Shown: one piece after another, positions 9,786-20,394 of the stretch
Numbering within the stretch: position 1 is the first letter of the stretch
How the letters are laid out: each line of letters begins with the position of its first letter
Assembly (NCBI GenBank): GCA_965199715.1
Contig: OZ241322.1
Span: 1,984,001 to 2,048,000, forward strand
Direction: 5' to 3'
DNA: 64,000 nt
DNA from: Vicinamibacteria bacterium
GTDB lineage: Bacteria > Acidobacteriota > Vicinamibacteria > Marinacidobacterales > Marinacidobacteraceae
Program-made: the position numbers and the translations under genes
The notes under the pieces: generated by a model
What the model was told of the DNA's origin: nothing
The model's database searches: none
The model's input: the letters and a program-made list of their open reading frames with translations, nothing else

Positions 9786-11453
9786 TCAGTACCCCATCGC
9801 AGCGCCGTCCTTGCGCAAATCGGTGCCCCCGATGAGGACGCCGCGGTCCCAGTCGATCCGGATCGCCTGATAGCCGCCGTAGGCCCCGAAGCGGGTGATG
9901 ACCCGATGCCCCATCCGCGTCAGCGCCTGGCGGACGTCGGCGCCCACCCCGGACTCCAGCCCGACCCCGGTCGAGCCATGGCGGAACCGCGCCATCTCGC
10001 CGGCCTGCTGCGGGTTCATGCCGAAGTCGATCATGTTCAGCAGAACCTGCGCGTGTCCCTGCGGCTGCATGTCGCCGCCCATGACCCCGTAGGCCAGAAC
10101 CGGCCGGCCGTCGCGGAACGCCATGCCCGGCATGTTGGTATGGAGCGCCCGCTTGCCCGGCGCCAGCTCGTTCGGGTGGCCTTCCTCGAGCGAGAACCCC
10201 GTGCCCCGGTTCTGGAGCGCGATTCCGGTTCCGGGCGCGACGAGGCCCGATCCGAAGCTCCCGAAGAGCGAGTAGATGAGCGAGATGGCGTTGCGGTCCT
10301 TGTCCACGACGGTGAGATAGACCGTGTCCCCGTCGTCGGTGCGGCCGGGCGCGATCTCCGAGCCGGCGCGGGCCGGATCGATCTCCGAGCGGCGGACGGC
10401 GGCGTACTCCTTGGAGATGAGTTGGTCGAGCGGCGCCTGCATGTGCTCGGGATCGGCGAGATAGGCGTCGCGGTCCGCGAACGCGAGCTTCTTGGCCTCG
10501 ATCAGCCGATGCAGGTACTCGGGCGAGTTGTGCCCGAGCGCCTTCATGTCGAAGCCCTCGAGGATGTTGAGCATCAGCAGCACGGCGAAGCCCTGCGAGT
10601 TGGGCGGAATCTGCGCGACCTCGTACCCCCGATAGGTCGTCCAGATCGGCTCCACCCACAGCGAATCGTGGGCCGCGAGATCGTCGCGGGTCACGTGGCC
10701 GCCGGTCTCCTCCATGAGGTCGTGGATCGCGTCGGCGATCTCGCCCCGGTAGAAGACGTCGGTCCCCTCGGCGGCGATCTTGCGCAGCGTCTGCGCGAAG
10801 TCGGGCGAGCGGAAGACCTCGCCGTGCTCGGGCGCCCGCTTCCCGTCGACGAGGTACGTCGCGGCGGCCGCCGGCTGGCGCGAGAGGTGGCCCTCGGCCG
10901 ACTTCCACTGGCCAGCGATGATCTCGGAGACCGGGAACCCGTCCTCGGCGTAGCCGATCGCCGGCTGGAGCAGCTCGCCGAGCGGCATGGTCCCGAAGCG
11001 GCTCACCAGCTCGTCCCAGCCGTCGAGCGCTCCCGGCACGGTCACGACCAGCGGCCCCCGTCCCGGCATCCGGGTCATCCCCTCGGCGCGCAGCTTCGCC
11101 GCGTCCGCCCCCGACCCGGCGCGTCCGGTCGCGTTCAGGCCGTGGAGGTCGCCGGTCGCGGCCTCGTAGTACAGCGCGAACAGGTCGCCGCCGATCCCGC
11201 ACATCATCGGCTCGACCACGTTCAGCACCGCGGCCGCCGCGATCGCCGCGTCCACCGCGTTGCCGCCGGCTTGCAGCACGCCGAGCCCGGCGGCGCTCGC
11301 GAGCGGCTGGCTCGTCGCCACCATGCCGTTTCTCGCGAGCGCCGGGGAGCGGCCCAGCTTCGCGTGCTCGGCCGGGCGGTCGCCGCGCTGCAGCGCGAGC
11401 GCCGGGCCCGCGGTCAACGCCGCCGCCAGAAGGAGAAGATGAACTCGGTGCAC
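9786..11453 (-). CDS. ggt: Gamma-glutamyltransferase (secreted)
   Basis: GGNAVDAAIA, GIGGDLF, DTVYLTVVD (Thr nucleophile), GVMGGDMQPQGH; signal peptide. Confidence 0.93.
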   Translation of the reverse strand: MHRVHLLLLAAALTAGPALALQRGDRPAEHAKLGRSPALARNGMVATSQPLASAAGLGVLQAGGNAVDAAIAAAAVLNVVEPMMCGIGGDLFALYYEAATGDLHGLNATGRAGSGADAAKLRAEGMTRMPGRGPLVVTVPGALDGWDELVSRFGTMPLGELLQPAIGYAEDGFPVSEIIAGQWKSAEGHLSRQPAAAATYLVDGKRAPEHGEVFRSPDFAQTLRKIAAEGTDVFYRGEIADAIHDLMEETGGHVTRDDLAAHDSLWVEPIWTTYRGYEVAQIPPNSQGFAVLLMLNILEGFDMKALGHNSPEYLHRLIEAKKLAFADRDAYLADPEHMQAPLDQLISKEYAAVRRSEIDPARAGSEIAPGRTDDGDTVYLTVVDKDRNAISLIYSLFGSFGSGLVAPGTGIALQNRGTGFSLEEGHPNELAPGKRALHTNMPGMAFRDGRPVLAYGVMGGDMQPQGHAQVLLNMIDFGMNPQQAGEMARFRHGSTGVGLESGVGADVRQALTRMGHRVITRFGAYGGYQAIRIDWDRGVLIGGTDLRKDGAAMGY

Positions 11454-11484
11454 ACGCCGTCCTCCGGGGGCCGGAGTGTACGCG

Positions 11485-13152
11485 TCAGCCGGCCTTGCCG
11501 CCGCGGACGAGGCGCGCCCACGAGTCGCGCAGCGCGACCGCGCGGGTCAGCGTCGGCCGGTCGCTCGCATGGTCCGCCTCGTCCGCGACGAAGTAGCCGG
11601 TGCGCTCCAGTTGGATGCGGGTCCCCGGCGCGAGCCGGCGGACCGCCGGCTCCACCGCGCCCGGGACGACCCGCATCGAGTCCGGGTTCAGGTCGTCCAT
11701 GAAGTCGCCGTCGGCGCCCGGCGCCTCGACGCGGAACAGGCGGTCGCAGAGGCGGATCTCCGTTCGGGCCGCGTGCCTCGCCGAAACCCAGTGGATCGTG
11801 CCCCGGACGCGCCTGCCGTCGGGGGCGTCCCCGCCGCGGCTCGCCGGATCGATCCACGCCCGGATCGTCGCGACCTCGCCGTCCGGGCCGCGCTCGAACC
11901 CGGTGCAGGTCGCCAGATAGGCGTAGCGGAGGCGGACCTCGCGTCCCGGCGCCAGCCGGTGGAAGCGGCGCGGCGGGTTCTCCATGAAGTCGGCCCGCTC
12001 GACCAGCAGCTCCCGCGAGAACGGAACGTCGCGGGTTCCGGCGGAGGGATCCTCGGGGTTGTTCACCGCTGGGAGCGTCTCCTCCTCCGGGGCGTTCTCA
12101 ATCACGAGCCGCACCGGATCCAGCACTCCCATGAGCCGGGGAGCGGTCCGGTTCAGCTCCTCCCGGACCGCGTGCTCCAGAAGCGCGACGTCCACGAGGC
12201 TCTCGCGCTTGGCCACGCCGATGCGGTCGCAGAACGCGCGGATGGCCGCCGGCGGAAAGCCGCGCCGGCGCATCCCGGCGATCGTCGGCATGCGGGGGTC
12301 GTCCCAGCCGGCGACCGCGCCCGATTCCACGAGCCGCAGGAGCCGCCGCTTGCTGAGCACGGTGAAGCTCAGGTTCAGCCGGGCGAACTCGATCTGCCGC
12401 GGCGTGAAGGACGCCTCGGCCTCCCGGACGCACCAGTCGTAGAGCGGGCGGTGCGCCTCGAACTCGAGGGTGCACAGCGAGTGGGTGATTCCCTCGACGG
12501 CGTCCGACAGCGCGTGCGCGAAGTCGTAGAGCGGGTAGATGCACCAGTCGTCGCCGGTGCGGTGGTGGCGCTTCCGGCGGACCCGGTAGAGCGTCGGGTC
12601 GCGGAGGTTCATGTTCGGGGACGCCATGTCGAGCCGCGCCCGCAGCGCGCAGCTTCCGTCCGGGAACTCCCCGGCCCGCATCCGCCGGAAGAGATCGAGG
12701 TTCTCGGCGACGGTGCGCTCGCGCCCCGGACTCTCGACTCCCGGAGTCCCGGGAGTCCCGCGGGTCGCCCGCACCTCCTCCGCGCTGCGGCTCTCCACGT
12801 ACGCCTTGCCCTTCTTGACGAGCGTCTCGGCGAAGTCGTAGAGCTGGGCGAAGTAGTCCGACGCGAAGCGCCGTCCCCCGTCCGGGGCGTACCCGAGCCA
12901 CTCGAGGTCGCGGGCGATCGCCTCCACGTAGAGGCTCTCTTCCTTCTCCGGATTGGTGTCGTCGTAGCGCAGGTTGCAGGAGCCGCCGTTCTCCCCGGCC
13001 ACGCCGAAGTTGAGGACGATCGACTTGGCGTGGCCGATGTGCAGGAAGCCGTTCGGCTCCGGGGGAAAGCGGGTGCGCACCCGGCCCCCGTGCTTTCCGG
13101 CGGCGCGGTCGGCGGCGACGATCTCCCGGATGAAGTCGGGAGCGCCGGGCAC
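11485..13152 (-). CDS. glnS: Glutamine--tRNA ligase
   Basis: RFPPEPNGFLHIGH, THSLCTLEF, VLSKR, GWDDPRMPT, EVRLRYAY. Confidence 0.96.
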   Translation of the reverse strand: MPGAPDFIREIVAADRAAGKHGGRVRTRFPPEPNGFLHIGHAKSIVLNFGVAGENGGSCNLRYDDTNPEKEESLYVEAIARDLEWLGYAPDGGRRFASDYFAQLYDFAETLVKKGKAYVESRSAEEVRATRGTPGTPGVESPGRERTVAENLDLFRRMRAGEFPDGSCALRARLDMASPNMNLRDPTLYRVRRKRHHRTGDDWCIYPLYDFAHALSDAVEGITHSLCTLEFEAHRPLYDWCVREAEASFTPRQIEFARLNLSFTVLSKRRLLRLVESGAVAGWDDPRMPTIAGMRRRGFPPAAIRAFCDRIGVAKRESLVDVALLEHAVREELNRTAPRLMGVLDPVRLVIENAPEEETLPAVNNPEDPSAGTRDVPFSRELLVERADFMENPPRRFHRLAPGREVRLRYAYLATCTGFERGPDGEVATIRAWIDPASRGGDAPDGRRVRGTIHWVSARHAARTEIRLCDRLFRVEAPGADGDFMDDLNPDSMRVVPGAVEPAVRRLAPGTRIQLERTGYFVADEADHASDRPTLTRAVALRDSWARLVRGGKAG

Positions 13153-13836
13153 CTAGCGAACCTCCGGTCCGCCCCGGCGGTCGTCCCGGACGAACCGGTC
13201 CCTCGACGGCATCGCGATCCGGGGCAGGGACTCCCGGTCGAGCTCGTCCGCCGCCTCGAGGATTCCGTTCAGATGCAGGATGTACGCGGTGAGGGAGTAC
13301 ACGTCGCCGTCGGGGAGCGTTCCCGGCGCCGCCTGCGGCATCGCCCGCCGGACGTAGTCGAACAGCGTCGTCGCGTAGGGCCAGTAGCTGCCCACGGTGA
13401 TCGGCCACGTCCGATCCTCGTTGAACGGGAACTCGTCCCCGGGAACCCGCCCGGCGAGCGCCTCGAACTCCGCGCCCTCGCCCCGCAGTCCGTGGCACTG
13501 GACGCACTGGAGCCGGTACAGCGACTCGCCGCGCTCGACGCTGCCGGAACCGGGCGGCAGCCCCTCGCCCTCCGGACCGACGTCGATGTCCCACGCGGCG
13601 ATCCGCTCGGGGGTCGCCGGTTCGCCGAAACCGAACTCGGGGACCTCGCGCAGCGAGTCGAGCGCCTGCGCCCGGGACTCGGCGAGCGCCGCCAGCTCCG
13701 CGTCGTTCAGGAGGCCGGGCATGCCCGGGTGGAGCTCGGGCCGGGGCAGGGCGGGCGGCGGGGCCGGGGCCGGCGGAGCCTCCTCGCCGCACGCGAGAAG
13801 CAGGACGATCAGCGCGGACGCCGACCTACCCGACAA
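13153..13836 (-). CDS. soxD: SoxD/SorB-like monoheme c-type cytochrome, probable lipoprotein
   Basis: AWDIDVGPEGEGLPPGSGS, CVQCH, TVGSYWPYATTLFDYVRRAMP; LLAC lipobox. Confidence 0.85.
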   Translation of the reverse strand: MSGRSASALIVLLLACGEEAPPAPAPPPALPRPELHPGMPGLLNDAELAALAESRAQALDSLREVPEFGFGEPATPERIAAWDIDVGPEGEGLPPGSGSVERGESLYRLQCVQCHGLRGEGAEFEALAGRVPGDEFPFNEDRTWPITVGSYWPYATTLFDYVRRAMPQAAPGTLPDGDVYSLTAYILHLNGILEAADELDRESLPRIAMPSRDRFVRDDRRGGPEVR

Positions 13837-15055
13837 AGAGGACCTGCCCGTCGGGCTCCACCCGCCACGATCGGATCTGGTTGAAGTGGTATCGGGTGAA
13901 AGGTCCCCGCGCGGCCTCGAGCTGCTCCCGGGTCGGCTGGACGTAGCCGGTCTCGTCGGTCGCCCGGCTCATGAGCGTCGCCCGCCGCCCGTTCCAGTCC
14001 CACATCTTGCGGAAGCGGACGTGGCACTTGGGCAGCACCGGCTCCTGCAGCTCGGCGTCCTCCCATGAGTCTCCCCCGTCGGTCGAGACCTCGACCCGCG
14101 CGATGCGGCCCCGCCCGGTCCAGGCGAGGCCGCGGATCTCGCGCCAACCCGGGGCTTCGACGCGCTCGGGATACGTGGGCGAGGTGATGATCGACTTGGC
14201 GTCCAGCGCGAAGCTGAACATCCGCGCCTGGCCGCCGGGCAGGGGATCCGTGTACTTGGAGGTCTCTTCCCGGGTCATGAACGGCCGGTCCGAGAGCTCC
14301 AGCCGCCGCAGCCACTTGACCGAGGCGTTGCCCTCCCATCCGGGCAGGAACAGCCGCACCGGATACCCCTGCTCGGGCCGTAGCGGCTCGCCGTTCTGGG
14401 CGTAGGCGAGGATCGCGTCGTCCCACGCCTTCTCCATGGGGATCGAGCGGGTCATGACCGCCGCGTCCATGGCCTCGGCGAGGAACCACGTCGCTTCCGG
14501 ACGAGCGCCGACCTCGCGGAAGATCAGCTTCAGCGGCACGCCGGTCCACTCGCTCGTGCTGGTCAGGCCGTCCATCTCCTGCGGACTCATGGCCCGTTCG
14601 CGTCCACGGTTCGCGTAGGAGCCGCCCCCGTTTCCCGAGCACTCGAGGAAGCGCAGCCGCGAATCCGCCGGGAAGCGCTTCAGGTCCTCGAGCCGGAAGG
14701 TCGTCGGCCGCTCCACCATGCCGTGGATCAGCAGCTCCCAGCGCTCGGGGTCGATGTTGGGAATGCCCCCGTGGTGCCGCTCGAAGTGGAGGTCGGCGGG
14801 GGTCACGATTCCGCGCAGGTACGTGAGCGGAGTCCGGGACGAGGCCGACGGCTCCAGCCGGGAGACGAGGCGCTCGGGCCTCTCGAACGGCGCGCGCGAC
14901 CCGATCGAACTGGGCACCCGCCCCTGCATCTTGGTCGGATCCTCGGGGGCGCGGGGGCGGGGCGGCTGCCCGCCCGCGATCCCGGCGATTCCTGCGCCGA
15001 CGACGCCGGCGAGCACCTCGCGGCGACCCGTTGCGGTTCCGGATTTCGTGGTCAC
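13826..15055 (-). CDS. soxC: SoxC-like molybdopterin sulfite/sulfane dehydrogenase, Tat-exported
   Basis: LHFERHHGG, FLECSGN (Mo-ligating Cys), QNGEPLRPEQGYPVRL, GWEGNASVKW; GRREVL Tat motif; start GTG 15055. Confidence 0.92.
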   Translation of the reverse strand: MTTKSGTATGRREVLAGVVGAGIAGIAGGQPPRPRAPEDPTKMQGRVPSSIGSRAPFERPERLVSRLEPSASSRTPLTYLRGIVTPADLHFERHHGGIPNIDPERWELLIHGMVERPTTFRLEDLKRFPADSRLRFLECSGNGGGSYANRGRERAMSPQEMDGLTSTSEWTGVPLKLIFREVGARPEATWFLAEAMDAAVMTRSIPMEKAWDDAILAYAQNGEPLRPEQGYPVRLFLPGWEGNASVKWLRRLELSDRPFMTREETSKYTDPLPGGQARMFSFALDAKSIITSPTYPERVEAPGWREIRGLAWTGRGRIARVEVSTDGGDSWEDAELQEPVLPKCHVRFRKMWDWNGRRATLMSRATDETGYVQPTREQLEAARGPFTRYHFNQIRSWRVEPDGQVLFVG

Positions 15056-15162
15056 TGGGCGGATTATCGCGGAATTCCCATCGCTATACTGATTCCGGTT
15101 CCGGCCCCGAGGCCGGGCTCCGCATCGGGCGCGTCCGGCGCCCCGCAACCAGAGGGAGATAC

Positions 15163-15582
<420 letters not shown>

Positions 15583-15586
15583 TCCC

Positions 15587-16975
15587 GTGAGCGACCGGCG
15601 GGCGGGGCCGCCGCCCTCGGTGCTTCCGGGGGCGGACCGGAGCTACGACCCGCTGGATCCGGTCTATTTCGATCCGGCGAGCCTGCGCCGGGAGATGGAC
15701 CGGGCCTTCGACGTCTGCCACGGGTGCCGTATGTGCTTCAAGTACTGCGACTCCTTCCGCGACCTGTTCCAGATCATCGACGCCGCGGCCGACGAGGACC
15801 CCCGCGGGCTTTCGCCGGGCCAGCAGGACCAGGTCATGGCGGGCTGCTTCCAGTGCAAGCAGTGCGAGTTCGCCTGCCCCTACACTCCGGGGAAGGGGCA
15901 CGCGTTCGAGCTGGACTTCCCGAAGCTGGTCCATCGGCACGCCGCGGTGCGGCGGCGGGAGAGCCCGCCGACGGGCCGGGCCGCGCTCCGCGACACGCTC
16001 CTCACCGATCCCGACCGAGGCGCCCGCCTCCAGCGCAAGCTGCCGGTGGCGCTGACGGTCCTCCAGAACGCCCCTCCGGCCCGCTGGTGCATGGAGAAGC
16101 TCGCGGGAATCCACCGGGAGAAGCAGCTTCCGCCGTTCGCCCGCGAATGCTTCGACGACTGGGCCGCCCGCGAGCGTCCGGCGGCGCGGCCTCCCGGCGG
16201 GCAGGAAGCGGTGCTCTTTCCCACCTGCTACGTCCAGAACAACGAGCCGGAGATCGGCAAGGACGCGCTGGAGGTGCTGGACCGCAACCAGGTGGAGGTG
16301 GACTGCGTCCCCGGCCTCGGCTGCTGCGGCATGCCCGCCTGGGAGGCGGGCGACCTCGATCGGGTCCGCGCCGCCGCCCGGAAGAACCTCGACCTGCTGG
16401 ATCCCTGGGTCGAGAAGGGCGCGGCCGTGCTCGCCGTGAACCCCACCTGCTCGATGCTCATGCGCAAGGAGTACCCGACGCTCGTGGATCGCCCGGACCG
16501 GGAGCGTGCCGAGCGTCTCGCCGCGCGCGTCCGCGACCCTTCGGAGCATCTGTGGAGCCTGCGCCGCGAGCCGCGCTTCAACACCCGGTTCCGCTCCTCC
16601 CCCGGCGGGCGGGTCGCGTACCACGCTCCGTGCCACCTGCGCGCCCAGGGATCCGGATTCCGGGCGCGCGACCTGATGCGCAAGATCCCCGGCGTCACGC
16701 CCGTGGCCACGCTCGAGTGTTCGGGCCACGACGGGACGTGGGCGATGAAGGTCGAGGGATTCGAGGCGTCGAAGAAGGCCGGAAAGAAGGCCTTCGAGTC
16801 CATGAAGGAAGCCGAGGCCGACTGGTGGGCCACCGACTGCCCGCTCGCTGCGATCCAATTCGAGCAGCACGCCGGGAAGCGGCCGCTGCATCCGATGACG
16901 CTCCTGGCGCGGGCCTACCGCGACGACGGGTTCCCGACGAAGCTGGACCCGCCGCCCGAAGGAGAGCCGGCGTGA
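15587..16975 (+). CDS. Rubrerythrin-associated Fe-S oxidoreductase (GlpC/HdrD-like, CCG domains)
   Basis: [39 protein letters not shown]. Confidence 0.9.
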   Translation: MSDRRAGPPPSVLPGADRSYDPLDPVYFDPASLRREMDRAFDVCHGCRMCFKYCDSFRDLFQIIDAAADEDPRGLSPGQQDQVMAGCFQCKQCEFACPYTPGKGHAFELDFPKLVHRHAAVRRRESPPTGRAALRDTLLTDPDRGARLQRKLPVALTVLQNAPPARWCMEKLAGIHREKQLPPFARECFDDWAARERPAARPPGGQEAVLFPTCYVQNNEPEIGKDALEVLDRNQVEVDCVPGLGCCGMPAWEAGDLDRVRAAARKNLDLLDPWVEKGAAVLAVNPTCSMLMRKEYPTLVDRPDRERAERLAARVRDPSEHLWSLRREPRFNTRFRSSPGGRVAYHAPCHLRAQGSGFRARDLMRKIPGVTPVATLECSGHDGTWAMKVEGFEASKKAGKKAFESMKEAEADWWATDCPLAAIQFEQHAGKRPLHPMTLLARAYRDDGFPTKLDPPPEGEPA

Positions 16976-17547
16976 CCGCCGCTCGATTCCCGGTGCGCCG
17001 GGACGAGATCCTCGACTGGGTGACCTACGGCGAGCGGCGCGACGGAATCCGCCGCTCGGCGATGGCCGCGAAGGACCGCCGCCGGGTGCACGTGGGCGAC
17101 TGGCTGACGTTCCTCTTCGAAAACCACGAGACGATCCGCTACCAGGTGCTCGAGATGGTGCGGGCCGAGCGCATCGTGCGGGAGGCCGACGTCCTCCACG
17201 AGCTCTCGACCTACAACGAGCTGCTCGGCCGCCCCGGCGGCCTCGGCGCGACGCTGCTCATCGAGATCGACGACCGGGACCTGCGCGATTCGCTCCTGCG
17301 GAAGTGGACCGGGATGGTCGAGCGCCTCTACGTCCGTCTTCCGGACGGCTCGCTCCGGCGGGCGACCTTCGATCCGCGCCAGGTCGGGGACGACCGCGTC
17401 TCGGCGGTGCAGTACCTGCGATTCGACGACGTGAACGACGTTCCGGTCGCCGTCGGCTGCGACCACCCCGACTTCGGCGTGGAGGCCGCGCTCAGCCCGG
17501 ATCAGCGGGCGGCGCTCGCCGAGGACCTCGCCGAGGACCCGAAGTAA
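16972..17547 (+). CDS. DUF3501 family protein
   Basis: LFENHETIRYQVLEMVRAE, YNELL, ATLLIEI, SAVQYLRF; typical third gene of the rubrerythrin operon. Confidence 0.88.
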   Translation: MTAARFPVRRDEILDWVTYGERRDGIRRSAMAAKDRRRVHVGDWLTFLFENHETIRYQVLEMVRAERIVREADVLHELSTYNELLGRPGGLGATLLIEIDDRDLRDSLLRKWTGMVERLYVRLPDGSLRRATFDPRQVGDDRVSAVQYLRFDDVNDVPVAVGCDHPDFGVEAALSPDQRAALAEDLAEDPK

Positions 17548-17606
17548 AGTCACGGGTCCGCCGGGGCAGGATCCCGGCCGACAGCGAACCGGAGGAGCCC
17601 CCCGCA

Positions 17607-18530
17607 GTGTCCCGATCCCGCCTGATTTCGTTTCTGGTCCTGGTTCTCCTCGCCGCCGCGCCGGCGCTCGCGCAGCGCGGCATGGTGCGCGGCCAGATCA
17701 CCGATCCGGACGGAAATCCGCTGGAGGGCGTCGAGGTGAGCTTCGAGCTGGCCGACGGCGGCGGAGCCGCCACGACCGCCAGCACCAACGACGACGGCCG
17801 CTTCACGAAGCCCGGCGTGCGCCTCGGCAACTACCGGGTCAGCTTCGAGCTGGAGGGGTACGAGCCGCTCCAGGTCTTCGTGACCGTCGGCTCGGCGCCC
17901 GCGCTGATCGACCAGGTCATGAACCCGCTGCCCGAGGGCGTGCTCAGCCAGCGGCAGGCCGCCGAGGCGGACTTCCACCTCCAGGAGGGGAACGCGGCCA
18001 TGGCGGCCGCGGACTTCGAGCGCGCCGCCGAGGCCTTCCGCGGTTTCCTCGCGCTCGTGCCCGACTCCGGCGCGGCGTGGTTCAACCTCGGCTCGGCCCT
18101 CCAGCGGGGCGGCGACCAGGCGCAGGCCATCGAGGCCTACGAGAAGGCCGCCGAGCTGGATCCCCAGATGCGGCAGGGCCTCCTTTCGGTCGCCGGAATG
18201 TATGGCGGGATGCAGGATTGGGAGAGGGCCATGGCGACCTATGACCGGGTTCTCGACCTCATCGAGAACGACGCCGTGACGCTGTTCAACTACGCGGTGT
18301 TCGCGAGCAACGCCGAGAACGACGGCGTCGCCGCCGACTTCTTCGTCCGGGCGACGACCGTCAACCCGGACTTCGCGGTCGCCTACTTCCAGCTCGGCAT
18401 GCTCAAGTACCGGATCGAGGACTACGGGGCCGCGAGGGCGGCGTTCGCGCGGTACCTCGAGCTCGAACCCGAGAGCCCGCAGGCCGAGACCGTCAAGAAC
18501 CTTATGGAGGGGCTGCCTCCGGGCGCCTGA
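17607..18530 (+). CDS. Secreted protein with carboxypeptidase-regulatory-like domain and TPR repeats
   Basis: Signal peptide ALA-Q, VRGQITDPDGNPLEGV, TPR units (AWFNLG, AYFQLG, YLELEP). Confidence 0.85.
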   Translation: MSRSRLISFLVLVLLAAAPALAQRGMVRGQITDPDGNPLEGVEVSFELADGGGAATTASTNDDGRFTKPGVRLGNYRVSFELEGYEPLQVFVTVGSAPALIDQVMNPLPEGVLSQRQAAEADFHLQEGNAAMAAADFERAAEAFRGFLALVPDSGAAWFNLGSALQRGGDQAQAIEAYEKAAELDPQMRQGLLSVAGMYGGMQDWERAMATYDRVLDLIENDAVTLFNYAVFASNAENDGVAADFFVRATTVNPDFAVAYFQLGMLKYRIEDYGAARAAFARYLELEPESPQAETVKNLMEGLPPGA

Positions 18531-18556
18531 CACCCGTTCCCCAACCGGAGATCGCC

Positions 18557-20227
18557 ATGAAACGCAACCGATTCCTCGCAACTTCGACCGCAGCCCTCCT
18601 TCTGCTGGCCCTCGCCGCCGGCCCGGTCTTCGCCGAGGAGGAGACCACGAACACCGACCTCGGGGTTCCGCTGCACGACCGTCTCGGCGAGGTCGAGTAC
18701 CCGGTGAGCGGGATCTCCGAACTGGGGCAGCAGTACTTCAACCAGGGTCTCCGGCTGGTGTACGCCTTCTGGATGGCCGAGGCCCGCCGCTCCTTCGACG
18801 AGGCGGCGCGTCTCGATCCCGACGTCCCGATGGTCCACTGGGGCCGGGCGCTCGCCTACGGCCCGTACCTGAACCAGGGTTCGCCGCCCGAGGACCAGCT
18901 CAAGACCGCGTGGGAAGCGATCGTGCGGGCGCAGGAACTCGCCGGCGCGGCCACGCCCAAGGAGCGGGCGATGATCGAGGCGCTCGCCGTCCGGTACGCC
19001 GAGGATCCGGCCGCCGAGCGGGACCCGCTCGACAAGGCGTGGCACGAGAAGGCGAAGGCTCTCGCCGAGGCGCACCCGGACGACCTGGACCTGCAGGTGC
19101 TGGCGGCGTCCAGCTACATGAACACGACCCGGTGGAACTACTGGGACGACGAAGGCAAGCCCCTCGGCGAGGGCACCGACTGGCTGGTCGCGCAGATCGA
19201 GCGCGCGCTCGAGATGGATCCGCAGCATCCCGGCGCGATCCACTACTACATCCACGCGGTGGAGGCCTCCGACGACCTCGACCGGGCGGTGGCTCCCGCC
19301 CGCCGTCTGCCGGGCACGATGCCCGGCGCCGCCCACCTCGTGCATATGGGCGCCCACATCCTCATCCAGACGGGCAACTACGACGAGGCGGCCGACTTCA
19401 ACCTCGACGCCGCCGCGGTGGACGAGCTCTACATCGGGATGCCGGATCAGGAAGGCCGCTACCCGGTGGGCTCCTACCAGCACAACGTCCACTTCGCGTG
19501 GTCCGCCGCCCAGTTCGAGGGGCGGAGCGCGGTGGCGCTGCAGCAGGCCTACAAGCTCCGCGACAAGGTCCGGGTCCAGACGAATCCGAACCGCATCGAG
19601 GCGTCCTCGCGGCCGCAGCTCTTCCTCACGATCCCGCTGTTCGCGGAAGCCCGCTTCGGCAACTGGGACAACCTCCTGAACGAGCCGGCGCCGCGGGCGG
19701 AGTACCTCTTCGAGACCGCCATCTGGCACTACGCGCGCGGCTTGGCGCACTCCGCCACCGGGAACGCCGAAGCCGCCGAGGAGCACCGCGCCGCGGTCGC
19801 CGCCATCGCCGAGGACGAGAGCCTCCCGGGCATGGGCCGGGTTTCGGCGAAGGACATGGTGCGGCTCGCCGCCACCGCGCTCGAGGCGGACGTCGCGCGG
19901 CGCGCGGGCGACCACGAGCGTGCGATCCCGCTGCTTGAGGAAGCCATCCACATCCAGGACAACCTCGCCTACACCGAGCCGCCGCCGTGGTACGTCCCGA
20001 TGCGGCAGGTTCTGGGCACCGTGCTGCTGGACGCCGGGAAGCCGGACCACGCCGAAGTCGCCTTCCGCGAGGATCTGGGCCACTGGCCCGAGAACGGCTG
20101 GTCGCTCTTCGGCCTGCTTCAGTCGCTGCGCGCCCAGGGGCGGATCGACGAGGCCGAGCGGGTGCAGCGCCGGTTCCTGCGCGCGTGGGCCCGGGCCGAC
20201 GTGGTGCTCACCAGCCCGACCTTCTGA
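18557..20227 (+). CDS. Secreted TPR-like helical protein with conserved His cluster
   Basis: Signal peptide; QQYFNQG...AF, HPGAIHYYIH, HLVHMGAHI, PENGWSLFGL; paralog of 52934..54589. Confidence 0.8.
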   Translation: MKRNRFLATSTAALLLLALAAGPVFAEEETTNTDLGVPLHDRLGEVEYPVSGISELGQQYFNQGLRLVYAFWMAEARRSFDEAARLDPDVPMVHWGRALAYGPYLNQGSPPEDQLKTAWEAIVRAQELAGAATPKERAMIEALAVRYAEDPAAERDPLDKAWHEKAKALAEAHPDDLDLQVLAASSYMNTTRWNYWDDEGKPLGEGTDWLVAQIERALEMDPQHPGAIHYYIHAVEASDDLDRAVAPARRLPGTMPGAAHLVHMGAHILIQTGNYDEAADFNLDAAAVDELYIGMPDQEGRYPVGSYQHNVHFAWSAAQFEGRSAVALQQAYKLRDKVRVQTNPNRIEASSRPQLFLTIPLFAEARFGNWDNLLNEPAPRAEYLFETAIWHYARGLAHSATGNAEAAEEHRAAVAAIAEDESLPGMGRVSAKDMVRLAATALEADVARRAGDHERAIPLLEEAIHIQDNLAYTEPPPWYVPMRQVLGTVLLDAGKPDHAEVAFREDLGHWPENGWSLFGLLQSLRAQGRIDEAERVQRRFLRAWARADVVLTSPTF

Positions 20228-20262
20228 TCGGGGGCTGATCGGACCGGAAGGAACCCGGCGGC

Positions 20263-20353
20263 GAGCGCCGCCGGGTCCGTCAGCCGCGCCGGGTCAGCCG
20301 GCCGCGGGAACGCCGCTAGGCGACTCGGCCACGGGAGCGCCGCCGGGTCCGTC
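20263..20353. repeat. 19-bp direct repeat pair in a convergent intergenic region
   Basis: GAGCGCCGCCGGGTCCGTC at 20263-20281 and 20335-20353. Confidence 0.7.
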
Positions 20354-20394
20354 CGGCCGCATGAGCGCCCCGTCGGGCAGTCAGCGGCGCCGGT

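Noticed and set aside
7455-11702. 1415-aa plus-strand ORF (likewise 28943..34492, 24330..27530, 25244..28297, 40169..43462 and others)
   Set aside because: Antisense or off-frame shadows of well-supported genes; Arg/Pro/Ala/Gly-rich with no motifs, as expected from stop-codon scarcity in high-GC DNA
12728-12760. Short tandem CCGGGAGTC-like repeats inside glnS
   Set aside because: They encode GTPGTPGVESPG, the ordinary GTLTEPG-type loop of GlnRS
20238-20262. GGACCGGAAGGAA resembling SRP RNA domain IV
   Set aside because: Lacks the flanking CAGG and AGCAG elements and the long enclosing helix
20263-20353. Possible mini CRISPR array
   Set aside because: Only two 19-bp units, no leader and no cas genes in the window
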